This document shows, piece by piece, positions 9,627 to 20,270 of a stretch of DNA of 64,000 nt. Under the pieces are notes generated by a model. That model was not told the DNA's origin and ran no database searches. It saw nothing but the letters and a program-made list of their open reading frames with translations. Position 1 is the stretch's first letter, and every line of letters starts with the position of its first letter. Both the position numbers and the translations under genes were made by a program. Location of the stretch: positions 3,712,001 to 3,776,000 of the forward strand of contig OY759746.1 in assembly GCA_963662795.1 (NCBI GenBank), read 5' to 3'. The stretch is from Spirochaetia bacterium. GTDB taxonomy: Bacteria; Spirochaetota; Spirochaetia; CADAEX01.

Positions 9627-11006
9627 CTAGACCATTATGTCACCCGACCGGTTGATGACAATCAGCCCTTCCTTCTCGGCCTGCCTTAAGTAATCTACAA
9701 ATTCCCTTGTCGCAATATTGACTTCGGATTTTCTCATAATGCCGAGATAGTCTGATTCCTGCTTTACAATATCCCGTCTTGTCTGGGAAAGGCAGGAGAG
9801 TATTTTCTTTTTAATTTCACTGCCCCTGCCTTTAAGCACAACAGCAATTTCCCTGTCGCTGAAACTGGCAAGCACTTTCTGAAGATATAAATCAGATATT
9901 CCAAAAATAATTTCCAATGTATTTACCTGTTCAGTTATTTCACGCGAAAGATCAGGGTCTGATTCGGAAATATCTTTAAGAATAATCTCCTCATCGCGAA
10001 GATCCATGAATTTAAGGATATTGGCGAGTTTATTTCTCCCGTCAATCCTCTGTGTAACAATATGCCCCTGAAGCCGCACCTTCTCTTTTATCACCTGCTC
10101 CATTTTTTCAAATATTTCCCGTCTTATTTTACTGCCTGCCGCCATACGCAGCATTATCTGCTTCTGTTCATCAGCCGTATACTCTTTAAGAAGGGAGGCG
10201 CTTTTGTCAGGATCGAGGTAATTCATTACAAGCGATATCATTGTAAGGGGTTCATCCTTAAGCGCAAGTTTTATCTGGAGCGGTTCAATATCCTGAAGGA
10301 ATTCAAACGGTTTTTCCCTTGTCTCAGGTAAGGCTCTGGTCAGTAATTCTTCCCCTTTACTGCTGCCGAATGCCGTATACAGCATATTCCTGGCTGTTTC
10401 AACACCGCCTGAAAATGTATCTGAAAGTTCTTTTTTCCTGTGCACTTCCTTAAGCAGGTGATAAGCCTCATCTTTATCAATATGCTTGATTCTGATCATC
10501 TCGGAAGCAATTTTTTCAATTTCATCCGGTTTGAAAAGTTTTAAAACTGCAGCGGCCTCATCCTTTCCAAGGAGAAGAAGAACTTTAGCTGTTTTATCAT
10601 ACCCCTTTGAAGTTTTTTTGCCTTCAGCGGATCTTCCGTACAGGGAAGAATCTGCAGTTTCATCAGAAGCAGATCTTTCAGAAGCGGTGCTTTTTTCAGC
10701 AATACGTATGTCAGTTCCGTGGCGGTCGGATTTACCGGGAGCCCCCTTTCTCCCGTCCTGCTTATCCTCTTCAGTTTCTTTAATAAAGTAATCATTTTTA
10801 AAAGAACGGCTGTTTTTAAAATCCTGACCCCTTTTTCCAGCGCCGCCTGATTTTCCGGATTTTATCCGGTCGGATTCTTCCCTGTCTGACTCAAAGCTTT
10901 CAAATATATACTTTTCAACATTTTTACGTGTTTCTTCTTCTTTATCAGGTTTATCCGGTTTGGAAGCTCTTCTGTATGCGTCAAGCGCTTTCTTTATATC
11001 AGACAT
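9627..11006 (-). CDS. fliG: flagellar motor switch FliG paralog (FliG1-type) with charged N-terminal extension
   Basis: KTAKVLLLLGKDEAA.VLK, GGVETARNML..AFG, PFEFL, DGRNKLANILK, REIAVVLKG; outside any flagellar operon. Confidence 0.85.
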   Translation of the reverse strand: MSDIKKALDAYRRASKPDKPDKEEETRKNVEKYIFESFESDREESDRIKSGKSGGAGKRGQDFKNSRSFKNDYFIKETEEDKQDGRKGAPGKSDRHGTDIRIAEKSTASERSASDETADSSLYGRSAEGKKTSKGYDKTAKVLLLLGKDEAAAVLKLFKPDEIEKIASEMIRIKHIDKDEAYHLLKEVHRKKELSDTFSGGVETARNMLYTAFGSSKGEELLTRALPETREKPFEFLQDIEPLQIKLALKDEPLTMISLVMNYLDPDKSASLLKEYTADEQKQIMLRMAAGSKIRREIFEKMEQVIKEKVRLQGHIVTQRIDGRNKLANILKFMDLRDEEIILKDISESDPDLSREITEQVNTLEIIFGISDLYLQKVLASFSDREIAVVLKGRGSEIKKKILSCLSQTRRDIVKQESDYLGIMRKSEVNIATREFVDYLRQAEKEGLIVINRSGDIMV

Positions 11007-11024
11007 CTGTTTTTATCAGCCCTG

Positions 11025-13457
11025 TTATTCAAGACCGAGTTCCTCCATCGTATACGGCATAAGGTACAAAGGTTCATCCTGTTTATAATAATCTGTTTTT
11101 TTAAGGAAATCAAATAATGCTTTAATTGCCTCAGGGGAGTTCTCCTCTGTTTTATTTTTTGATATCCCCATAAAATCGCTGAATGAAAATATGGATCTTC
11201 CCGGAATAATTTCAATAATCCGGGCTTCCTTTCCGTTAAAACTTGTTTTTTCAAGGTATGAAACCGCATCAGTTATTCCTCCAAGCTGATCAACAAGCGA
11301 TTTATCCTTTGCCTGTGTTCCGGTCCAGACCCTGCCTTTGGCTGATTCCTCGACTTTTCCCTTATCAAGGGCCCGTCCTTCCGCAACAATACTTACAAAC
11401 TGGCTGTAGCTGTCTGCTATAAAGGAGCGGATTTTATCAATTTCCTCATTCGACAGCGGCCTTGTGATATTACCGAAATCCCCGCTTTCTGATTTTTTTA
11501 CAGTTTCGCTTTTAATATCAAGCTTCTCAAGCAGCCCTGAAATATCGGGGAAAAGGGCAATTACACCTATGGAACCTGTAATTGAAACTGATTCTGCAAA
11601 TATCTGCTGTGAAGGAGCTGCAATATAATAACCGCCTGATGCCGCAGCGCCCCCCATTGATACTACAACAGGTTTCGGATCTTCCCCTTCCCTGCAAAGG
11701 GCTACTTCCCTCGCAATAAGGTCTGAGGCAAGGGCGCTTCCTCCGCCTGAATTAATTCTCAGGATTATACCACGCACAAGAGGATTTAACCTTGCTGATT
11801 TAATGGCTGCTGCGATGCTGTCTGAACCTGCGTTTTCACCCCTTATTCCGCTGCCTGTTACTATATTCCCGGTAACATATATAACAGCAACTGACGGCTT
11901 GATAAAATATTCCCAGTCAGTCAGAGCTTTTTCCGGAAAGACTGAATATCTGCTTACAGCATATTTATTGGCCTTCATCCATTTATCAAGTTCATCATTA
12001 TAAAAGAGTTTATCTACAAGACCTGCAGCAAGAGCCTTTGATGAAGAAAGATAAGGCCCGTCACCTATTATCCTGCTGATTGTACTTTCGGAACTGCCGG
12101 ATGAAGAGATGTTTTTAAGTTTATTGCCTCTTCCCTGTACAATCATTTTTTCAAGTTCATCCTGAAGAGATGTATAAAGGCTCCTTAGCGCTTCTTTTTC
12201 TTCATCAGTCATCCCCGGTTCTGTATATCTGTTGTATGCTGTTTTATATTCATGGCTCCGGAAATTATAGAATTTGACGCCGAACCTTTCTAAAAAATCC
12301 TTTAAATATAAACCGGTTTTTGAAAATCCTTTAAGATATAAAATTCCCTGATGGGTGAGAAATATCCCGTCAGCCACAGATGCGGCAAGGGCGTACTGGA
12401 CAGAGGAAACTGTTTCAAAATAGAAATATATCTTTTTCCCTGAAGCCTTTACTTCCTTCAGGGCACGGGAAATTTCCATGATATTTGCAAAGGAAGTGAT
12501 AAACTGCTGGTCCCTGAATATTACTGCGTCAATATCCGGATCCTCTTTTATTTTTTCCATATCAGAGAGAAACTCAAACAATGATATTTCTCCTTTGCTT
12601 CTGTCGGTAACTATTTTACGGATTGAAAGCCAGTCACGCGGAAAATCGCTGATTACCCCTGCCCTGTCATATTCTATCATTACCTTTACAGGCATAGGCA
12701 AAGCGCTTCTCATCCTTTTCCCGGATGCAAACAGTGAATAGTTTCCATTTCCAAAGGAATTGCCGCCTGAAACCTCTGAGTTAACAGATGTAGAAAGAAA
12801 TTGGGTTGAAAAAGTTATGCCGGCACTGAAAATCTCTTCATCATGATTAAACTCTCCCTTAAGCAGCACGCCGTCAAGCGGTTCAAGGGAAACGCCTGAC
12901 GAAAAAGGGCTGAAAATATCCGACACTTCAGTGTCAAGGTAAAAAGTAAGACGGCTCATCCAGTAGGGGCTTGAGGCAAGAGGCCTTATGCCGGCGCCGA
13001 GTGTGATGTCGGAGAGCGGTCCCGTAACATCGGCGGTTTTTGCCCCGAAAGAAAATACAGGCAGGGGCCTTAAAAGCGCCGAGAGACCGAAATCCGGATC
13101 AGAGAAACCTCCGTCCCTCCATCTGACAGCTCCTCCCCAGTAAACACCCTCATCGGCTTTCAGGGCTAAGGCGATATTGTGGTAAAAATCCCCGGCAAGG
13201 GAGTCAAATCCGTATGAAAGATGGTTCGAATTAAAATAGAGTGAGTAAGTATCAAGTAGCCCCTCATTCTCTTCAAATTCCTGATAAAACGCAATTCCTG
13301 AAGCGTTCCCCGCCGCAATGGCTGCCGGGTTAACCATGGGAGCAAAGCCGTTGTCTGTTACTGCAATTCCGTTATTCTGCGCATAAATTATCTGCACCTG
13401 AAGCACTGCAGCCAAAACAAGGAAAATCTGAAAGTATCGCAACACTGTTTTTTTCAT
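11025..13457 (-). CDS. sppA: signal peptide peptidase SppA (tandem S49 domains) with extra N-terminal predicted beta-barrel
   Basis: HEYKTA, LRINSGGGSALASD, SMGGAAASGGYY, TGSIGV, GRVWTG; signal peptide + NPAAIA + alternating beta-strands in the N-terminal ~240 aa. Confidence 0.9.
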   Translation of the reverse strand: MKKTVLRYFQIFLVLAAVLQVQIIYAQNNGIAVTDNGFAPMVNPAAIAAGNASGIAFYQEFEENEGLLDTYSLYFNSNHLSYGFDSLAGDFYHNIALALKADEGVYWGGAVRWRDGGFSDPDFGLSALLRPLPVFSFGAKTADVTGPLSDITLGAGIRPLASSPYWMSRLTFYLDTEVSDIFSPFSSGVSLEPLDGVLLKGEFNHDEEIFSAGITFSTQFLSTSVNSEVSGGNSFGNGNYSLFASGKRMRSALPMPVKVMIEYDRAGVISDFPRDWLSIRKIVTDRSKGEISLFEFLSDMEKIKEDPDIDAVIFRDQQFITSFANIMEISRALKEVKASGKKIYFYFETVSSVQYALAASVADGIFLTHQGILYLKGFSKTGLYLKDFLERFGVKFYNFRSHEYKTAYNRYTEPGMTDEEKEALRSLYTSLQDELEKMIVQGRGNKLKNISSSGSSESTISRIIGDGPYLSSSKALAAGLVDKLFYNDELDKWMKANKYAVSRYSVFPEKALTDWEYFIKPSVAVIYVTGNIVTGSGIRGENAGSDSIAAAIKSARLNPLVRGIILRINSGGGSALASDLIAREVALCREGEDPKPVVVSMGGAAASGGYYIAAPSQQIFAESVSITGSIGVIALFPDISGLLEKLDIKSETVKKSESGDFGNITRPLSNEEIDKIRSFIADSYSQFVSIVAEGRALDKGKVEESAKGRVWTGTQAKDKSLVDQLGGITDAVSYLEKTSFNGKEARIIEIIPGRSIFSFSDFMGISKNKTEENSPEAIKALFDFLKKTDYYKQDEPLYLMPYTMEELGLE

Positions 13458-13472
13458 AAAAAATATAACCTC

Positions 13473-14300
13473 TTAATAGCTTAACCTAAAGCTGAAACTG
13501 CCGGGTCCTGAAGGATAAATGAGAAGATCAGCATTCTCCGCATTTCCATCCCTGACTTCATGAATTGCGGGAATGAAAATGCCTATGAATGTCCCCCATG
13601 CAGCGCCTGCAATAACATCGGTCGGGAAATGCTGTCCTGCCGCTATCCGCAGTGCCCCGACTGCTGCAGCGCTGCTGTAGGACGCAATAGAGACAAAATA
13701 TTTACCTGCCCCTTCCGGGTGTGTTTTACCGTAAACCGTGCTTAAAAAAGCTGCAGCTGAAAACGCCGAGGAAGTATGGCCCGAGAAGAAAGACTGCATT
13801 GATTCGCTGCTGCTTTCAGATACATCTTCAGCGCCGCTCGCGTAATTGTAGGGTCTGAATCTGGGAAAAGTACTTTTTACAAGCTCTTTAAAACTGTGGG
13901 AAAGCAGCATGGTTTCCCCGTACATAACAAGATAAACAGTAGTATCAGAAAGGCTTTCATCAAGAGTAAGAAGAAGGGGCGATAAAATAACAGCGCCCAA
14001 TGCAAAATCGCTGATATCTGAAATTGTTTTTGAATAAGATGAAACTGCCCATCTGTCAAAAATATTAATATCCTTTTTGTCAAAATTTTCATATCCGTAT
14101 TCAGAAGCAGTTTCTGCCGGGAAAAACTCTTGTACAAAAAGGTTCGTCCCCAGCATTGCGGCCCCTGAAGCAACCAGAACAGTTTCACGGAACATATCGA
14201 TTTCATATACACCCGGTGTATTGCCTTCCGCATTGATTTTTTCCGTAAACAAAAAAGAAATTGTGAATAACAAGGTAAAAGTCAATATATATCTACGCAT
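13473..14300 (-). CDS. PAP2-family phosphatase, exported/membrane
   Basis: K...PRFRP, SFFSGHTS, RIAAGQHFPTDV.AG. Confidence 0.92.
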   Translation of the reverse strand: MRRYILTFTLLFTISFLFTEKINAEGNTPGVYEIDMFRETVLVASGAAMLGTNLFVQEFFPAETASEYGYENFDKKDINIFDRWAVSSYSKTISDISDFALGAVILSPLLLTLDESLSDTTVYLVMYGETMLLSHSFKELVKSTFPRFRPYNYASGAEDVSESSSESMQSFFSGHTSSAFSAAAFLSTVYGKTHPEGAGKYFVSIASYSSAAAVGALRIAAGQHFPTDVIAGAAWGTFIGIFIPAIHEVRDGNAENADLLIYPSGPGSFSFRLSY

Positions 14301-14485
14301 AATCCTGTTTCCTGTATTTTTGAAACTATCATTTTATCGTTGAAATACGATTATAATAATAGCTGCATTTCAACCGTATTTCAAAAAAAACGTGAATAAC
14401 CTGCTTTAAATATAGTAATAATTCTGCATATAGGTTATAAAAGATTATTAATCATAACATAAATAATACTCAGAGGTTGGTACAA

Positions 14486-15709
14486 ATGATAAAAATTAAT
14501 GATAATTACAAAAAACTTCAGGCATCCTATCTTTTTTCTGATATAGCAAGAAAAGTGGCGGAATATCAGAAAAATAATCCTTCAAAAGAAATAATCAAAA
14601 TGGGAATAGGCGATGTCACCCGCCCTCTGCCGAAAGTATGTGTCGAAGCCATGCACAAAGCTGTTGACGATCTTACGAGGACAGATACTTTCCATGGATA
14701 CGGGCCGGAACAGGGCTACGAATTCTTAAGAGAACCGATAGCTGAGTTTGATTTTAAAAGCAGGGGCGCGGATATTTCCGCCGATGAGATATTTATCAGT
14801 GATGGAGCCAAATGCGATACCGGCAATATCCAGGAAATCTTTTCGGATGATTCAATAATAGCGCTGCCCGACCCGGTTTATCCTGTATATTCAGATACCA
14901 ATGTCATGTCTGGCAGAAGCGGAAATTTCAAAAACGGAAGATATGAAAATTTCATCTATCTTGATTCAACTGATGAAAACAATTTTATGCCGGACCTTCC
15001 GTCAAAAAGACCGGACGTAATATATTTATGCTTCCCCAACAACCCTACCGGAGCTACTGCGACAAAGGAACAGCTTAAAAAATGGGTTGATTACGCCAGG
15101 GAAAACAAATCCCTGATCCTTTTTGATGCAGCCTATGAATCATTTGTAAGGGATGAATCGCTGCCGAAATCCATTTTTGAGATTGAAGGAGCGCGCGAGG
15201 TTGCAATAGAGTTCAGAAGCTTTTCCAAAACTGCCGGTTTTACAGGTGTAAGATGCGCCTATATCGCGATACCGAAAGAATGCAGGGGCTGGGACAGGGA
15301 AGGAAATATTCATTCAATGCACACATTGTGGAACAGGCGTCATAACACAAAATTCAATGGGGCCTCCTATCCGGTTCAAAAAGCAGCAGCTGCAGTCTTC
15401 ACTGCAGAAGGTCAGAAGGAAATAAGGGAGATAACTGATTATTATCTTGGAAACGCAAATCTTGTTCGGGAATCAATGATAAAACTCGGATACAAGTGCA
15501 CGGGCGGAGTCAACTCACCTTACATATGGGTAAAAACAGGAACTTCATCCTGGGATTTTTTTGATTCCCTGCTAAGCCGGGCCGGAGTTGTCTGTACTCC
15601 TGGATCAGGATTCGGGGTATGCGGCGAAGGATATATAAGATTCAGCGCTTTCAATACAAGGGAAAACACAGAAAAGGCTATGGAAAGAATCGCAAAATAC
15701 ATGAAATAG
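14486..15709 (+). CDS. dapL: LL-diaminopimelate aminotransferase
   Basis: [66 protein letters not shown]. Confidence 0.96.
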   Translation: MIKINDNYKKLQASYLFSDIARKVAEYQKNNPSKEIIKMGIGDVTRPLPKVCVEAMHKAVDDLTRTDTFHGYGPEQGYEFLREPIAEFDFKSRGADISADEIFISDGAKCDTGNIQEIFSDDSIIALPDPVYPVYSDTNVMSGRSGNFKNGRYENFIYLDSTDENNFMPDLPSKRPDVIYLCFPNNPTGATATKEQLKKWVDYARENKSLILFDAAYESFVRDESLPKSIFEIEGAREVAIEFRSFSKTAGFTGVRCAYIAIPKECRGWDREGNIHSMHTLWNRRHNTKFNGASYPVQKAAAAVFTAEGQKEIREITDYYLGNANLVRESMIKLGYKCTGGVNSPYIWVKTGTSSWDFFDSLLSRAGVVCTPGSGFGVCGEGYIRFSAFNTRENTEKAMERIAKYMK

Positions 15710-15733
15710 ATGTATGCAGATATTATATCAGGG

Positions 15734-16810
15734 TCAGGAAAGAAGCCTGATCCTGGTAAAAATATATTCAAGCGAATCGCTCTTGACTACTGCCTTGCAG
15801 TAGGAGCTGCTGCCCAGTCCCCTCAATACATTTTCAGGGTATGAATAATTTTTAACATTGCTGTTTTTATCAAACCAGTGAACAAGGGAGATATTCCTGT
15901 TTTTTATCTCTATTGCAGAAAGGCCCCTCTTTCCGATAACACTTCCTGAATTGAAAACAGTCGGTATAATTACAGCCTTGTTATATATACCGCTTCTTAA
16001 TCGGTATTCATGGTTTTCGCTTATAATAGTTTCAATTTCCTCTTTATATTTTTTTATTTCTTCCTCAATATTAATTCTTTTTTCATCAGAGGATGACGGA
16101 TAAAGACGCAGAAGATTTTCAATTTTAAACCGAAGAAGATCAATTTCTGAAAGAGATTCAAACAGGGGCCGGTGTGTATGCCCTATTATGGAAATAATTT
16201 TTCTCTCGCGCGAATATTCGTAGATGATTCTTTCGGTATTATTTATATTTGTATTATCATGCGATCTCGTAAAATTCTTAATCCCCAGCGGCTGCGCTAT
16301 GTACTTTAAAGCATATTTCATGAATCTGGGTGTCATCATATAGCGGACTGAAGCCTGATGCCCGTGAAAAACAAGTATGGAATTCCCCTCATGATTAAGC
16401 ACAAGAGATTCGAGGAGGTTGCTGTTTATATCTGTGTGCTCATGCCTGTAAAGGTCAGCATCGTGGTTTCCGGCTATTTTATAAAGTTTTCCTTTATCAG
16501 CAAAAGATGAAAATATCTCATACAGCTCCGGCCAGTTCTTTTTAACCTTTTTAAGCGGACGCCTTTGAAGCTCTTCAACATCTCCGTTAAGTATCATAGT
16601 GTAATTTTTTGCAAGGTAATATTTTTCAAGGATTGTTAAAAACATTGTTGAATTAGGAAGAAAATCATCCCTTCTTGTTTTACTTCCCACGTGAAGATCA
16701 CTGAATATAACTATCCTGCTATCAGAGGCGAGGGTTATTTCCGGGGCATTTCTGTATAGTGAATCAAGGTATTCTTTTATATAGAGCCTGACAGCATTTT
16801 TAATAAACAT
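15734..16810 (-). CDS. calcineurin-like metallophosphoesterase
   Basis: FSDLHVG, LNGDVEEL, AGNHD, FHGHQ, IGHTHRP, FNSG. Confidence 0.88.
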   Translation of the reverse strand: MFIKNAVRLYIKEYLDSLYRNAPEITLASDSRIVIFSDLHVGSKTRRDDFLPNSTMFLTILEKYYLAKNYTMILNGDVEELQRRPLKKVKKNWPELYEIFSSFADKGKLYKIAGNHDADLYRHEHTDINSNLLESLVLNHEGNSILVFHGHQASVRYMMTPRFMKYALKYIAQPLGIKNFTRSHDNTNINNTERIIYEYSRERKIISIIGHTHRPLFESLSEIDLLRFKIENLLRLYPSSSDEKRINIEEEIKKYKEEIETIISENHEYRLRSGIYNKAVIIPTVFNSGSVIGKRGLSAIEIKNRNISLVHWFDKNSNVKNYSYPENVLRGLGSSSYCKAVVKSDSLEYIFTRIRLLS

Positions 16811-17001
16811 TTATTCTCATTTAAAAAACAGAACATTTCCGGGAGGAAAAAAGGTGTTTATTATAATATATCAATGAATTCTGTTTTTAAAAAATTTTTT
16901 TGGTATCAGAAAGCCCTGGAATTATTACAGCCTGTAATTTAATTGACTATGTTGACATTAATGGGTTTAATGCTATTATTTTCCTTAAAAAAGGATTGAC
17001 T

Positions 17002-17880
17002 GTGAAACGAAAAAACATTTTGCTTATCACCATAGCGTTATTTATCCTGACTGGCGGATTGTATTTTGCCGCTGAACTCTACATAAAAGGAAAAGCAGAA
17101 AAAAAAATTGAAAGGCTGGTTTTAAAAGCTGATGAATATGTGAAAATTAAATACGGCAAGGTCACCTTCTGTCTTCTTAAAAATGACCTTGAAATATCGG
17201 ATTTGACTCTGACAATAGATAATGAGAATAAATTAACAGTTGAAAAAACCGTAATTAATAAATTTGATTCAAAATCGAAGATCCCGTCCTATCTTGATAT
17301 TTCACTGCAGGGAATTGATATTGTAACCGGTAAAAATGAATCTTATATAAACAGATTTTTCAGTTTTCTCGGATATAGGGACAAGATGCCTTTGAATTTA
17401 AAGCTTGATTACAAATACACTAAAGAAACCGGTATTTTTAATATAAATGCACTTGAAATATTTTCTGAAAACGCTGGAAAGCTCACATTTTCCTTCAATT
17501 TTTCCAATTTAACATTTGAAAATATCTCTTTTCTGGATGGACTTTTTTCTGAAGATAATCCTGTGCTGATAGAGGGTGCAACCGTAAAATTAACCGATAA
17601 TTCAATAACAGGGAAATCCCTGTATACAATTTCCCAGCTGATTAAAATGGACCTGACTGATTTTAAAAAACTACTGGATCTGCAGGTTGATTTTTATGTT
17701 AAACAGATAAACAGCAATATGAGCGCAGAATCAATAGCCAAAATTAAAACCTATATTGCAGAGCCTGATGAGATAGTTTTTATTGCGTCTCCGGCTGAGC
17801 CGGTTCCGCTTTATACATTCTACATCAACTATAACAAGCCTTTTAAGCTGCTGAATATCCTTGAATTTCAGGTCAAATAG
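17002..17880 (+). CDS. membrane-anchored hypothetical protein
   Basis: GTG 17002 preceded by AAGGA; N-terminal KRK + hydrophobic anchor; no family recognised. Confidence 0.7.
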   Translation: MKRKNILLITIALFILTGGLYFAAELYIKGKAEKKIERLVLKADEYVKIKYGKVTFCLLKNDLEISDLTLTIDNENKLTVEKTVINKFDSKSKIPSYLDISLQGIDIVTGKNESYINRFFSFLGYRDKMPLNLKLDYKYTKETGIFNINALEIFSENAGKLTFSFNFSNLTFENISFLDGLFSEDNPVLIEGATVKLTDNSITGKSLYTISQLIKMDLTDFKKLLDLQVDFYVKQINSNMSAESIAKIKTYIAEPDEIVFIASPAEPVPLYTFYINYNKPFKLLNILEFQVK

Positions 17881-17909
17881 CATTGCCGCGGATAAAAGGC
17901 ATCAGGTCA

Positions 17910-18120
17910 ATGAACAGTAAGTATTCAGGAATATACTGTATGGGGAATCCAGGCGCTCTACCGGAAACTTTTCAGGGACATACCGCTTATTCCAATCAGC
18001 TTGTGGAATCAAGCCTCGGCCATTATGTAACTCTTCTGTTCCGGTATTTTCATTCTGAAAGAAAAGGTAAGACTCTACGAGACTATTGCCCTCCCTCTTG
18101 TCCTTTTCTCCTGCGGAGTA
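17910..18120 (+). pseudogene. eroded RarD/EamA-family transporter remnant
   Basis: Alternating frames give MNSKYSGI / YTVWGIQALYRKLFRDIP / NQLVESSLGHYV / GIFILKEKVRLYETIALPLVLFSCGV, collinear with RarD YFIWGIAPAYFKL..., HMLEASLGYFINP, GMIFLGERFRRMQWLAVILAICGV. Confidence 0.7.
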
Positions 18121-18231
18121 AGGCAGATAAACCTCTCAAGGCCCGGGTTTTCCGTCTTTAACAGGGTTAACGGAGAAAAAAAGAAAGGATTACAAAATCA
18201 GTTAAAACAGATAAAAATTAAATATATCTTT

Positions 18232-19254
18232 TTAATTTGCAAGCCATACCGGGTTTCTCTGGTTGCCGGCACCGTCCGCAAGCATATAAAAATCATCAGT
18301 TTCAGGATCAACAATATAGATATCTTCATCACCTCCGCTGTTAAGGGTAACTGCGAGTTTTGTGCCGTAAGTCGACCATGCAACCTGAACTGCTGCCCAT
18401 ACAGAGCCGTCTATAAACGATGGAGCGATCTGGTCGGGCGAAGAACCATCAGCATTTACAACAAAAAGCTGACCGTTCCATATATAGGCGACTTTTCGCC
18501 CGTCAGGAGACCAGGCTGGATTTGTAACAGCGGATGATTGGCTTGCAATCTGAAGCTGATCCGAACCGTCCGTATTCATTGTGTAGAGAAGATCGTAGCC
18601 GAAGTCGTTATCATCAAGATAGAGGATCTTATCCCCGCCAGGAGACCAGATGGGATTTTTACGTGCTGTTACACCGCCGATATTTGTCAGCTGTGTAAAG
18701 ACCGCCCCCTCCCTGTTGTATTTCCATATCTCCTGAAAACCGCTGCTGTCAGAAGAATATACTACCTTATTCCCGTCAGGCGACCAGCTGATTGCCGTAT
18801 ATCCAAGGATGTTGCCGGACGAACCCAGTGATACAGGAGTAAGGGAATTTGCTGTTTCCAGTATATAAAAATCTGTAGTTACCTGTACATCAGAAAAGGC
18901 AATAAATTTCTGATCAGGCGATACTGACATAAATTCAATATTATTTGCTCCACCCGGATAGATAATACCGTCAAATGATCCGTCAAACATGTAAAGCCTT
19001 ATATCAAGCCCGGTAGTATAGGCTACATATTCAGCCCCCCTTCCGTAGCTGTTAAAAAGTGAAGGATTTATATCGCTTACCACGACAGATGAAAAATTAT
19101 TATATCCTGAACCGTCATCATAAATCTGTATAAGCCCAGTAGCACCGCTGTCATAAAAGACTACACGCCCGTGTTCCTCGCTATCCCCTGCAGTATCCCT
19201 GCAGGAGATAAATATTATTATAATTAAAGTCAGTATTAATGCATTTTTTTTCAT
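18232..19254 (-). CDS. TolB-like (PD40 repeat) beta-propeller lipoprotein
   Basis: Lipobox IFISC; repeated WSPDG/WSPGG motifs, EDIYIV, NPVW. Confidence 0.88.
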   Translation of the reverse strand: MKKNALILTLIIIIFISCRDTAGDSEEHGRVVFYDSGATGLIQIYDDGSGYNNFSSVVVSDINPSLFNSYGRGAEYVAYTTGLDIRLYMFDGSFDGIIYPGGANNIEFMSVSPDQKFIAFSDVQVTTDFYILETANSLTPVSLGSSGNILGYTAISWSPDGNKVVYSSDSSGFQEIWKYNREGAVFTQLTNIGGVTARKNPIWSPGGDKILYLDDNDFGYDLLYTMNTDGSDQLQIASQSSAVTNPAWSPDGRKVAYIWNGQLFVVNADGSSPDQIAPSFIDGSVWAAVQVAWSTYGTKLAVTLNSGGDEDIYIVDPETDDFYMLADGAGNQRNPVWLAN

Positions 19255-19316
19255 AATAACTGAATTTTATCACAGATATTCTTTTTTTGAAATAATTTTT
19301 TATACCTGTTTCTGTC

Positions 19317-20138
19317 TCAGCCGCCGGAATAAAGGCTGTAGTTATGGCTGACCTCTTCAGGAGCAAGCGCCCTTGAATAGAGAATCACATTATCTATTAT
19401 CCCGTTAAAAGTAAGATGTCCGTAAGTAACGTTATATTGTGCCGGAAGCTGGGAGCCTATAATAAGATCGCCTGAAGAGTTTTTAATTGGATGAAAATCT
19501 GTAAGGTCCTGCGTGCCGATCAGAACACCGTCGACATAAAAAGAGAATTCCGTATCATCCCAGGTAGCCGCAAGATGGTGCCATTCATTAAGGCTTAATG
19601 TCGATGATGCTGTTATCTGCTTTGATGCGCCTGTTTCATTATATAAAATCATTGACGGGTAATAGTTTGACCAGTACTGAAGCGAGTATGCCTCGTCAGA
19701 GAAATCAAGCTCTATCCCCTTATGGAGTATCCCTGCAAACGAAGTATGCAGTTCCGGACAGACCCAGACCTCGACAGAACCTTCGCCGATGAGGTCAAGC
19801 GCATCGCTGTCAGGCAGTGATATAAACTCGCCGTCCCTGTCCATCATGATGCCCTGTCCCGATATGCCCGGGACCCACTCGATACCGGGGGTTATTACAA
19901 TACCGTTTTCCTCAGTCATTGTTTCATCAAGGGATAATCCTGCGGCAATTCCGTTTACAGGATCTGTAACTATCCCGTTTTCCTCAACCGCAGTCGAAGT
20001 ATTTCCTGTATCAGCGCTTCCGCCTGTCGGAGAACTTCCGCCTCCTGACGGATTCGTACATGATATTAAAACCAACACAATAAAAATTAAAGATGTAAAT
20101 ATTAATAAATTTTTTAATCTGCTATATATACGTTTCAT
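19317..20138 (-). CDS. LamG/concanavalin-A-like domain lipoprotein
   Basis: Lipobox VLISC, Gly/Ser/Thr linker, SVEVWV, NEWHHLAATWD, FYVDG, FNGIIDNV.LYSRAL. Confidence 0.88.
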   Translation of the reverse strand: MKRIYSRLKNLLIFTSLIFIVLVLISCTNPSGGGSSPTGGSADTGNTSTAVEENGIVTDPVNGIAAGLSLDETMTEENGIVITPGIEWVPGISGQGIMMDRDGEFISLPDSDALDLIGEGSVEVWVCPELHTSFAGILHKGIELDFSDEAYSLQYWSNYYPSMILYNETGASKQITASSTLSLNEWHHLAATWDDTEFSFYVDGVLIGTQDLTDFHPIKNSSGDLIIGSQLPAQYNVTYGHLTFNGIIDNVILYSRALAPEEVSHNYSLYSGG

Positions 20139-20202
20139 AATATAAAAATTATCGGCACAGAAGTGATAAAAGAAGTTTTTTTATTGAAAAAAAAATTAAT
20201 TT

Positions 20203-20227
20203 CAGTCATTTTATATTAAAATGACTG
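20203..20227. promoter_or_regulatory. perfect 11-bp inverted repeat, candidate operator in divergent intergenic region
   Basis: CAGTCATTTTA-TAT-TAAAATGACTG. Confidence 0.55.
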
Positions 20228-20270
20228 TCAAAATTCCAATAGTTAAGCATAATGTCTGCAGGGTAAAGCT

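Noticed and set aside
17883-18161. 92-aa ORF as a real small protein
   Set aside because: Better explained as one frame of the RarD pseudogene.
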